A stretch of 58,407 nt of DNA, filler included, from Sphacelaria rigidula (Eukaryota): assembly GCA_964200075.2 (NCBI GenBank). It is 4 parts of 4 records of this genome, joined end to end, with 100 filler letters (N's around TTAATTAATTAA, not from the genome) between each part and the next. Parts side by side here need not be neighbours in the genome. Positions count along the whole stretch, not along the records: positions 1 to 14,527 come from CAXNAA020002204.1; 3 more parts are not named here. The stretch is one strand, 5' to 3'. Made by a program: the position numbers and the translations under genes. Under the pieces are notes generated by a model. It did no database searches, had not been told where the DNA came from, and saw only the letters and a list, made by a program, of their open reading frames with translations. Positions 1 through 10,329 of the stretch are shown piece by piece (position 1 is the first letter of the stretch; each line of letters opens with the position of its first letter).

Positions 1-6
1 GTATAT

Positions 7-57
7 TCAATGGTCTTCTGACTATGGCATGCATGGTCATGAGTACACCCCCCCCTC
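7..57 (+). mobile_element. LINE 3'-end fragment ending in a C-tract
   Basis: tcaatggtcttctgactatggcatgcatggtcatgagtacacccccccc matches copies at 17661-17830(-), 18490-18628 and 43882-43958. Confidence 0.65.
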
Positions 58-451
58 TCGAAAACTCAGATTTTCGATCTTGGGGCCTTTATGTCCAGAT
101 TTGTTTTCGCTGCCCCTTGAATATACGCGTATATATATATATATATGTTTTTTTATACGCTTTGTGGTTCGGGGGATGCGAGAAGAAACGAGTCAAGTGA
201 TGTAGCGGTCGAGTTATGATATTTCAACCGACCTCAGACTTCATTGCGACGACGCATGGGGACCAAAGCTCATCACTTCTACGCACTTGCCAGGCTACCG
301 GGCTTGATTCGACTTCGAATACAATCGAGACCCCACTCTGAACGTTAACCGTCTCAAGGCCTGGTCCCAATGTAGGGTCAGTTATGTTTCGGAACATGAC
401 CTTGTGGCCGGCCGGCCTTAAAGTAAGATCATGCTCAACATCTGTCCGCCT

Positions 452-570
452 CGACCCTTAGCTCTTTGACCGCCAGGGTGGGTCATATGGTCCTTCGATT
501 CACTTTCAACGTAGAACGATAATGCTGTTCCAGCAGATAGATCACGCACCCTGGCGGTCAAAGGGTTGAC
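452..570. mobile_element. Short MITE-like inverted-repeat element
   Basis: Arms ctttgaccgccagggtg / caccctggcggtcaaag; related copies near 17245-17350, 23370-23500, 40040-40150 and 53150-53280. Confidence 0.6.
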
Positions 571-844
571 CAAAAAGGCACTGCGCAAAACACGTGTATG
601 TGTGAAGCCAAGCTACTGTAGTGTTACTCTTTCTTTTATTTTTTATTCCAGCAGCCTTCGCAAGATATTTGTTTTTCAGGTATTGTTCCCAAAATGTTTC
701 CTCACTATGTCGTGGCTCTTTCCATCTCAGTACCCCTGCCTATTAGTCCGCATGCACAGCATAGCACAGCAGCAAGGTAGGGTTGGGGGATTACGTGCGA
801 GATGTGGCGATGAGTGGAAGCCATACATGGGCTACATTGATTCG

Positions 845-1231
845 AGCTCGGAAATGGTACCAGTTATAACTGGCCATTATCATTATAATGGTATTAATGG
901 TAATGGTTACATGAAAAGTTTGGATAATGGTTTTAAACCATTAATTACCGTTACCGGCTTGATAAGCCGTTACCGGCTGCGTATGCTACATACAGCCCTT
1001 GAAATTGCCCCAAATTTGACGTGTTTTTTAGCTCTAGTGAAGCCAATTCGCGCGCAAACGTGCCTCCGGCACGGCGCCTCCAGCGGCTCCCTCCCTCTGC
1101 CGGGGAGAGCTTTTTGGCTCGCGGCTGCGCCGCTCGATGACCGAAACCATCATGTACCATTTAACTGGTTAATGAGTGCGCTACGCGTAACCATTCAAGT
1201 GGTTAATGGTTAGACGAACCATTTCTGAGCT
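845..1231. mobile_element. MITE with internal aatggtt/taaccg-type repeats
   Basis: Terminal inverted repeats agctcggaaatggt ... accatttctgagct. Confidence 0.6.
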
Positions 1232-1615
1232 ATAATACTTATCATGCAGTCGCAACGTACGAGAATTGGGGTGGAGCGGATTGTGCTGTCTGATTTCCGT
1301 GTGCGTTCTTTGTCTGTAGGCTGGAAAAGTATCGAGTTGATCCGTCCCGTAAGAATCGCGGGCAGGAAATATGTTACGTTTGGATTCACGGCATATTGAT
1401 GACTCGTGGGATGCGACACCAACGGTACAGCTCAATCGCATCTGCAGAGTCATATTTTCTTTCACATCCACATGTAGTGTATATCTTCCTTGTCTGCTAA
1501 CCCATCCATTCAATTCATACAATACGTCCCTTCATTCATGTGCGTATGTTACATTTTGGACCCCTTCCTGCACGGATGTGTACAACACATACCTCCGGGT
1601 TAGCGATGAAGAAAT

Positions 1616-1903
1616 GTTTTCGTGACACGGAGAGTAGAGGGTATGATTGAAAGTGAAAAGCGGTCAATTAGTGAATGAATCGTTTCAGTTCCGAAATGTC
1701 CCTCCACGAGGCCCGATTTGCCTTCTGTAATAGCTTGCCACTGAGGCCCTTGATATGAGTGAGTAGGATATTGACGTGTAGCTTTAAGCACATGCTAATG
1801 ATGAAGACAAAGAGAAGCACACACGGAGTGAAAAAATGGCTAAGTTCAAGCGAATGATCGGAGTCCCTCTCAATCAGCGCTCTACTGACGATTTCACGAA
1901 AAC
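1616..1903 (+). mobile_element. ~290-bp MITE (family D), copy 1
   Basis: TIR GTTTTCGTGAGATTGAGAGTAGA / TCTACTCTCAATCTCACGAAAAC (degenerate here); internal sequence shared with copies at 26252, 29927 and 54998. Confidence 0.8.
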
Positions 1904-2562
1904 GGTGTTGATGGCAATTGCGGCTTAGTGTCAAAAGCTATCGCTGAACGGTGTAGAAGCGGTGAGCGGCAGCCTCGTCAGAGCACCGAGTGGAGGGGTG
2001 AGTGGTGACCTCATCCGGAGGGGGCAGCTCATGACGCCGAGATTCGTGGTGGGTGCATGAGTGAGTATGTTGAATAAATTAGCTACGAGCTGGGCCAGCA
2101 GTACATTCCGCATGTGCATCTCCAACCATAACGCGTCAACTTTACCAAATCAGCTCGACTTGAGCATATCGCTGTGAACTGTAGACCAACCTGGTGATGC
2201 ACGGCACCGCCGCTGGTCGATTGGCGGAGTTTTGGCAATGATGTTTTTGTACTGCATTGAGTACCAGGGACGTCTCATGTCGTTGCGTGATAGCGTGTCT
2301 GATGGCGCTTCGTTTCACGAAATATGGTGGAATTACGCTAGGGAATCGCGCAGCACAGGCACGCGTTGATTCGACATGCGCAGGCGAAAGCACACCAGTA
2401 CGAGTGCTGCAAGATTGCATTAAGGTTGTCAACAGCTCCATTATGGGAGAGAACCTCCCAGCCGACGGTAATTTACCACCGAAAGAGGGCGAAGTACTAC
2501 CTCAAACCGCGCTATACACCCCCCAAATGCGAGGCGCTGTGCCAGATTATGCGCAAAAAAAA

Positions 2563-2636
2563 TAGTCCTGTCGGGATTAGAACTCGTGACCTCGGTAATA
2601 ATCGGCGGTTTTACCAGTTTTGACCACCGGGTGCCA
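2563..2636 (-). mobile_element. tRNA-derived SINE head
   Basis: Minus strand reads gtggcacccggtggtcaaaactggtaa...gagttctaatcccgacagg: degenerate A and B boxes, no intact cloverleaf. Confidence 0.55.
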
Positions 2637-2645
2637 CACGACAAA

Positions 2646-5600
2646 TTGGATGCGGTGGGTAATTTGAAGAGTTAGACACTGAAATTTTGACACAACCTTT
2701 TCATCATCCCCACGCACAACATTTCTGGAGGTGCACCCGTATATTCTCTGTCACGGAGTTTTTTTTTTTTTCAATACGGTGTTTGCGAAGACCAAATTCG
2801 GGTCAGGATTCGGACTTTGGAATTCCCCCGAAGTTCAGAGTCAGTCCAAAGTCCGGTGGTTGCGTTTCGCTCGGTTTGGACTTTGATTAGGAGACGCTAT
2901 TGGTCAACAGGGGTGACGTGTAACGTGTAACCGTCCTCCTGACAGCACACACCACGCCAGCCACCTCGCTGCTCGCGCAAACATCAGAGCACACGCCCAG
3001 AACATGGAGGATAAACGGGTGATGGTGTGGCAGTGGATTTCTCGAAGCCAGCACAGCAACATATGCACAAAGAAATAGTATGTTGAGCACAACTTGACAC
3101 AGGCAGCGATTGACGTGACATGTATCCGGTTTGCACAGAAGTTGTTGCAGACTACAGTAGGAAACTCATTTTGATCACAATTTTTACAAACCATGAATCA
3201 CATGGGCACCTGACCCCTCTTGTGTTGCCAACATAGCTTCACATTGTAGTGTTCTTGTGGAACACTAGGCAGAGACATCAGTAGCGTGCAGTAGACTGTG
3301 TTCCGTGCAAAACGATGCACGCTCACTGTTCCTTGCCGCTGAGTCAAGCGAAGATACACCGTAACCTACAAGAATCTGATACAAACTGCCTTTGTCCGCG
3401 CTCGAGTGCGGGTGGGTGTGAATTCGTGAGGGTTTCTCCTGTAGTATTTTCTCTATATTTGCGGAGCGTTCAGCTAACCTCGAGGTACAGACAGTAGGTC
3501 ATAATGTAAAGTGTATTATATCCGTGTTCAGTCCCAAGTAAAGTATGATTCCTCCAAAGGACGATAAATACAGTACTTAGACCCTCCCCCCTTTATTTGC
3601 AGACCGGAACACAGCATGCAGCACTACAACCGTCCAGGCACTCTTCAGCGCACATCGCACCGTGATCGTCGTAGAGTGTTTAGATGCGCAACAGCACAGC
3701 GACAACTACAGCATATAAATGATGGGTTTGGGAAGCGCCCTGTTCGTTTGACTCGAGACGAAATAGCTCACACGCCATGAAGGTTTCAACAGAGTGTAGA
3801 GAGCACTGGGTGTCGACAGCATTATTTTTCGAAGAGACGAACGCCATGACAGTAGTAAATTACCTCGGGCAGTCAGTCCAAGCGGGGACCAAACCGTCTT
3901 CAAAAAGGCCTGCAGACACCACAGCGCAGCTATAGCTACAGCACAAGAGACAGCGCATGAGTGTGTTTGTGCTGCAGCACAGTGATACAGGACATGTCCC
4001 ATGCGATAGGTCTTCCCCTGATTTCGGATGGGCCATATTGGTGCTTCGCGCGAAAATAATTCATGTTCACTTTGGGTTACCCTCATCTGTGGGAGGTGAA
4101 CCGATAATTAGCTGACTGGAGCACAGCCAACAGACAGCACTGACTGTACACAACAGTGATTAGCACGAACAACGTGAAACCGCAGTGTGTCAACACAGCG
4201 GCGATTGATTTGGATCCCCAAAGCGCTTACAGAGACATGCGACTACATATCAAGTTTGTTGACTACTTCCTAGACTTGAGCAACTTCCGAGGTCACGGCG
4301 TTGAAAACCGAGACACCCTGGCCAACAGCCTACATCGGGAAAAAAAAGTGTACCGCGTACCTGAGAAACAGTCTTTCCGCTCCTGCACTGTACGCAGTAC
4401 ACTTCTATTCATGTAGTCTACTGTACTGTCGAGGGCGCGCCATGACCTTGTGATATGCTTTCCTTCGCCGGCTTTTGCGGGGGATTATAGCAGATCCGTG
4501 CAGCTTTCTGCTCTCGGCATAGCTTCAAGCATCACTCGCTATGCACCTATCAACTCTCCAACACTGTCCAGCACAACGGGGCACGCACTGCTCGGGAGGC
4601 CGACCTTGTGTAACACTGTCCAACGTCTTCAGAAAGTAGTGATAAACCTCTGTACGACTGTCTGAAAATCTGGCTCACCCTGTACCTCCCACAGATAGAG
4701 GTGACTCGAGGTGAGTTACAAGATTTTTGCGCGAAGCGCGATCATCGCCGAGCGTTTAAAAATCGGTACTCGTCAAAAAAGGAGGACCGATCTGAAATAA
4801 GGGAAAGAATTATCACATGAGACATCAAGGCAGACAGCTGCTACCATCAACCGCTTGGGATACAGCAGCTCCGTGGTGGCTCAGTTTGATTGCCCCAACC
4901 TGCACGCGTCCGCCTTGCGTGTCTTTTCTGATCACAGCACCCGACTACAACTGAACTTCCAAAGACCAGCTGCATTCGTTTCAACTTTGTGTATGCAGCA
5001 GTACAACTGTTCAGGCCCTCTCCAGCGCACATCACGCCATGTTCGTCGAGGAGTGCTTGAATGCACAACAGTACAGCGACGACTAAATACAAATTGATGT
5101 GGGAAGCGCCTTGTTGGCTTGACGTGAGACGAAACAGCCAACACCGACAGTCTGTATGCAGCACTGCGTGCCGAAAAACATAATTTCGCTCTGTAAGGAC
5201 CAAGGCAGTGAGTGACAGTAAGGCAACTTAGGCAGTCCCAGCGGAGATCAAACCGTCTTCGCAAATATCCGGACACACCACAGCACAGTGACAGCTACAG
5301 CACATGAGAGAGAGCGTGAGTATGTTTGTGTTGCAGCACGGTGAAATAGCACATGTCCAATGTGATAGATCTTCCCGTCATTTCAGATGGGTCCTCAATT
5401 TTTGCCGAGGGCCGATTTTTAAACGCCCGCCCATGATCGCGGTTTGCGCGAAAATCTTTCAATTCACTTCGACTTAGCCTCATCTGTGGGAGGCGAGCCG
5501 AAAAACGTGTCCTGCTGTATCGCATGCTCGCTCCCTTCTTCTCTGAACTTCCATGCAAGCCGGATACACGTCACGTTTGTCTCATGTTGTTCGTATTACT

Positions 5601-6165
5601 CGCTGTCTGTGTCAAGTTGTACTCAATACTCTTTCTTTGTGCATATGCTGCTGTGCTGACTTCATGAGGACACCAATGTCACACCAACCGTCTTCGGCGT
5701 ATGGTCTGTTGTTCGCCCTACGCGCGATGATAGAGCTGGTGTGGTATGTGCCGGAAGAACGGAAAACCCTTGGGGTCTGTTGACCAATAGCATGAACATC
5801 TAAAAGACCAAACCGAGTGCAGACCAGAACGGTCTCTAGGTTGCGGACTTTGGGGGCAAATATGCCCCCCGAACCAGAGTAATCCTAACTATGATGCGGA
5901 CTTGGAATCGTTGACCAATAGGAAAGCCCGAGCCCAAGACCCAAATTTGGTCTTCACATCACCAAAGTCGGTGGGATCTTCAAAACCTAGTTGTTGAACC
6001 GAAATCGAGTGACCTTCCGGTCTTGCTCTGGGCTTCAAGACCGGACCCGATTTTGGTCTCCGCAAACACCCTAATGCACCTCAGGAAATATTGTGCGTAG
6101 TGATGATAAAAGTGTTGTATCAAAATGTCAGCGCCCAACTCTTCGAATTACCCGCCGCATCGCCA
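2646..6165. mobile_element. ~3.5-kb foldback-type element (or two inverted copies) with ~500-600-bp inverted arms
   Basis: 2646-3137 is a diverged reverse complement of 5553-6165 (e.g. gatgcggtgggtaatttgaagagtt vs aactcttcgaattacccgccgcatc; catatgcacaaagaaa vs tttctttgtgcatatg). Confidence 0.65.
3705..4100 (+). repeat. Dispersed ~400-bp repeat (family E)
   Basis: Direct copies at ~5080-5493 and ~8490-8895 (gggaagcgcc..gttcgtttgac..gagacgaaa; cctcatctgtgggagg); partial inverted copy at 4680-4760. Confidence 0.7.
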
Positions 6166-6569
6166 AAATACATTAAAAAATCACTGTCAGCTGGCCCAGC
6201 CTGTACATCAAAATGTAGTGATGGCGAAATGGATACAGTCAGTGGCATACAGTACGGAGTGAATAAGTGAAGAGTAGTACAGTTATTTGTTGACGAAGAG
6301 GATGGGTTGCTAAAACAGGAGCCGAGATGGAGCGGTCGGGTCACATAAACACAGAAGGGTCTTGCTACCTATGGCGCGGATTCCATCCTTGTGGCTTGGG
6401 AAAGCGCAGGGGAGGTGTGATGTATCCGCAAGTCGCCTGAGGTTCTTACAGAGACTGGTGCGACTGCATTCAGCACAATCCCCAGATGGGAGCCAACGGT
6501 AGGATACGTGAGGAGTCGCCCTGTATTTGTACGGGTGATTCATGAGGTTTTCCCTAACCCGCCCGCCCC

Positions 6570-6646
6570 TGCTCCGTCTCGAAAGGGATGTGTGGTCAAC
6601 GGCCAAACGACTAAGGCAAGCAACAAATGAGTACGCCCCTCCCCCC
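6570..6646 (+). mobile_element. LINE 3'-end fragment (subfamily B)
   Basis: gctccgtctcgaaagggatgtgtggtcaacggccaaacgactaaggcaagcaacaaatgagtacgcccc matches 58095-58200(-) and 43270-43378. Confidence 0.75.
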
Positions 6647-7579
6647 ATGCTGGGCGTGGGGCGGGAGTGTATAGTGTGACAAAACTCAAAAGCAACTGCA
6701 AAGAGGGCTTCATTCTGTCTTCGGGAAGAATAGGTGTTTTGTGCAGGAGCGGGTAGAATTTTCCCATATGTTCATGGTGGTATAAGTTTCTTCAAGCCAT
6801 TCCAAAACAATTGGCCTGAACGATTGCCTCTAGAATGAGTCGGGTGGGACGGATCACTGTTGGAGAAGCAACACGGTACAAGGGCAAGTGCATCCGGCTA
6901 AATGCAATCCTACGGTGTGGGGAATAAGTTAGAGATTTGTGAGATCCGGGAGTCGGGCGGCGCGACCACCAGCGGGTGACCGCATCTCGAATCGTTGTTG
7001 TCTGAGTTTGTTCGGTCTGGGTTTTCCCCGCCCTCCCTTCCCTTGACGTCTTGTGGAATTGTGTTCCGCTCCAGCGCATGGCGTCAGTGTCGAAGGTTTC
7101 CCCCTGGAAATCGGGTTTTTCCTCTCAGTGAGGTTTTACCGGGGGCTGGGGTTTCCCGCGGCAGTGTTGGCAATATGATATTCTTTTTCTGAACATCCTT
7201 CCTCACCACCAACCCGATGCTTTCGATGGAGGAAGTGGCGTGGAAGAGAAGTGTGTGATGACAGGATTCCAGCAAGCATGTGCTATGTAGTGGAGCCGGC
7301 CCTCCCTGCAATGGTTTGACGTTTTGTCATCGTGTAAACGGACACGGTATGCGTAGTGGCACGGAGCAAGCTGTGGGTCGACGGAACCATTCTGCCCCCA
7401 GTGTTTGTGGCAGGCAGACGCCCTTACGGTATAGTGGAGTTGGGTTGTGGTGCATGCGGATATGTATTACTCAGTACGCGCGTTTGGGATTCTTGTCGGT
7501 ATGACGTGTCGGTAAGACGTCGGCCACGCAGCATGGGTACACCACCAGGTAGGCGCACACGCCGGCTGGCGGGAGAGAG

Positions 7580-7770
7580 TTAGATTGAATGATATTCCTT
7601 CATTGCTTATCGCACCTTACCTGATCCCCCAAGAACCCAGCCGTGGTCACATAGGAACAGTACCAGGGGTTCCCTTGTGCCTCCCCAACGTAGTACTAGC
7701 CTGGCCCAACATCGCTTCACTTAACATAGCGGACGGGATGTGGTGATATCAATGTGGTACAGCCGTAGTG
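7580..7770 (-). mobile_element. 5S rRNA-derived SINE (SINE3-like): 5S head 7657-7770 fused to a retroposon tail
   Basis: Minus strand ACTACGGCTGTACCACATTGATATCACCACATCCCGTCCGCTATGTTAAGTGAAGCGATGTTGGGCCAGGCTAGTACTACGTTGGGGAGGCACAAGGGAACCCCTGGTACTGT follows 5S rRNA. It continues into CCTATGTGACCACGGCTGGGTTCTTGGGGGATCAG, a tail also present at 15243-15310 and 38530-38601. Confidence 0.8.
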
Positions 7771-9324
7771 TTGATGTTGTGTTGGTCAACAGCTGAAGCT
7801 GGTGCGACGCTCAGCGCAATCTCCAGATGTTAGCCAACGGTCGGATACGTGAGAAGTCACACAGGTTTTATGGGGTTTTCTCTACCCCCCCCCTCCCCTT
7901 CCCCTTCCCCCAAGATGGGCGGGGGGCGAGAGTGCATCATGTGACAAAATTGGCACTAGGCCCATACATGGGGGTAGGTTTTTGTGAGGAAACATGAAAT
8001 TCAACCAACCAGAGGCCCGTCAGTAAGGAACCAGCGCAATTTAGCGCCAATGGAATGCGACCTTTGTAGTGAATTACTCCGAGGTATATATTATAGAGAA
8101 AAATGCTTGTTATTGACTTGCACACTCGAGTCACACCTGCACTGTGCATACTACATACAGTACATGAATGAACAGTCGCACCAACACCGATTTAGGAGCA
8201 GCAGAGAAACCGAGCAACAAGCAGACAGTGAGTGGTACATTGCCGCCACAGGGGGTCATTGCGATGCTCGTGTATCGGTATTTCCCCTTCTTCGTATGGT
8301 TGGTTGTGTCTTTCCGTGGCCGCGAGCCCTGTGCCGCCACGCTGGCGGATGCAATCAGTACCCTGGCGTTGCAGTATATCCGCTCTGTGTTGTGGGTTGC
8401 CTCTTTCATCGGAGCACGGGCTCTGGCCCAGCCGGTCGAGCGGAGAATACCGGCGCTGGTTGTGTGTCTTTACCCAGCCATGTTTGATCGCGCAAATTAT
8501 GATGGGTATGGGCAGTGCCTTGTTCGTTTTACCGAAGACGAAACAGTCAACACACCATGAAGTTTTCAATAGACAGCACTGTGTCCCGAATGATCATATA
8601 TTCTACACAGAGACGAATACAACTATACACCAGCTCGGGCAATCTAGCCGACACCAAGCCGTCTTCGGAAGGTCTAAACACAAACGCACCAAAGAATAGT
8701 GATAGCTACAGGACACGAGAGGGGACATGAGTGTCTTTGTGCTGTAGCACAGTCAAACAAGACATGTCAGATCTTTTAGTTCTTCGTCTGATTTCAAACG
8801 GCTGCTCAGTGATTGCTCCGTGCCGATCTTGAACGCTCGGCCACAATCGTGCTTCCCGCAAAGAATCTATTTCACTACAAAATCATCCTCATGTCTGGAT
8901 CTTATGCGACAAAATTCGAAAGCAACCGCAAAAAAAGACACCATTCTTGCCACTTGATCCTCACCGTGACGCCATATACAAGTTTGACGGACTAACGGAC
9001 ATGGGCTGGGCAACGCAAACCTAGACCACAGGACCGACTAACTTCATCCACGTTAGCTGGCCGTACACTAATCGTAATGGGCTACACCATGCCACACGGC
9101 ACATGCCATGCGGGGCACATAGGTGTAGGTAGGTACGGTTGAAGTTGGGGGCACCTGTATCAGTCCCTTGACCGCGCGCGTGGGTCATCTGGTTCATGCA
9201 TCTATTGCTCAGTGAAAAAAATGCCGATTCAACTGATGACTATGCTGGTGAGGCCGTGTCTTGTCGAGACAAACGAAAAAAAAGCGGGAAAAGGAACAAT
9301 TGTCCAAAAGGAGAATATCGATTA

Positions 9325-10146
9325 GGGTCTGTCTTGGCACTTTTTTTTTCGATCGAAAAAATGGGGCGGTGGAATCGATCTGAGCAGGATTTTCTCGTTT
9401 TGATGCAGTTGGGTCCAAATGGATGTTCAAGCTTTTGACAAAAAAAATACAGTGCAATTCGTGAAACGGCACATGGTCACACTCGTGTACAGTACAGACA
9501 GTCTGGACTGTCTGCACTGCTTGCAAGCAGGGTGTCTCGAGTGCGTGTGTGCGTGTTTCGTGCAGAAGGATATAGAGGAGGAGATGGCAACGTGCAGTGC
9601 AGGCAGCCCAGGACTATCAGTTCTCTCTGCTTAAAATGCGACGTGAAAAGGAAGGCAGCAGCGTGCAGCTTTGTAATGCCTGCACTGTCCATGAGCGTGC
9701 ACGCAACTCGGTTGCCCACCATACCGCGTAGTTCCGTCGCTGATGCCTACCATGAGAGAAGATGTGCAAGTTTTCGCAAACAAAATATAAACAAAGCACA
9801 CCCGGCTACGGCAATGTATCTATCCCTGTGCTCAACTCGTGCTCTATGTTGCAGGGTTGTGGTGGTAGCTGAGAATGAGTTGGATGGAGTTTGCATGGTC
9901 CTGTGAACAGGTGTCATTTGGCGTGGTGGTCTGTAAGATAGGAGTCAACTGCCTCTTCGTGCTTTTCGACCGCATGTTTACGATCGAAAACGATTGTTTT
10001 TTATCTCGTTGCATTCTTCTCCGCGCGCCGCTAATTAAAATTTTGAGTTGAAGCCTTCAAGAAACATAAATGCGATGGACCTATGAGGTTGTCAAAAAAA
10101 CTCGACCGCACTTCTTCGATCGAAAAAAAGGTGGTAAGACACGTCC
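9325..10146. mobile_element. PIF/Harbinger (Tourist-like) non-autonomous element
   Basis: TIRs gggtctgtcttggcac(t)n cgatcgaa / ttcgatcgaaaaaaaggtggtaagacacgtcc, flanked by TTA on both sides. Internal part also occurs inverted at ~45015-45105. Confidence 0.6.
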
Positions 10147-10329
10147 TTAGTCGCCGCAACCATAGACCCTGTAGCCAAATGATACCAAGCCGTGGGTTTC
10201 AGTATAATCGCATGCATGATTGGAGCAGTCGCAGGGGACAGGGGATCCTGGATTTGATGACCCTCATCTGTGTGGCCACTTGCTGTCTAGCTCTTGATGT
10301 GGTCTGTTGAGGATCACTCCGTGATAATA

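Larger units (their letters stand above)
6450..7950 (+). repeat. Two direct copies of a C-tract-containing repeat (~6450-6690 and ~7797-7950)
   Basis: Shared ctggtgcgac..tcagc.caatc.ccagatg..agccaacggt.ggatacgtgag..gtc and gggcggg..gagtg.at..tgtgacaaaa; the first copy has a LINE tail inserted at 6570-6646. Confidence 0.6.

Noticed and set aside
7657-7770. Functional 5S rRNA gene
   Set aside because: The 3' end is truncated, there is no oligo-T terminator, it is diverged, and it is fused to a retroposon tail.
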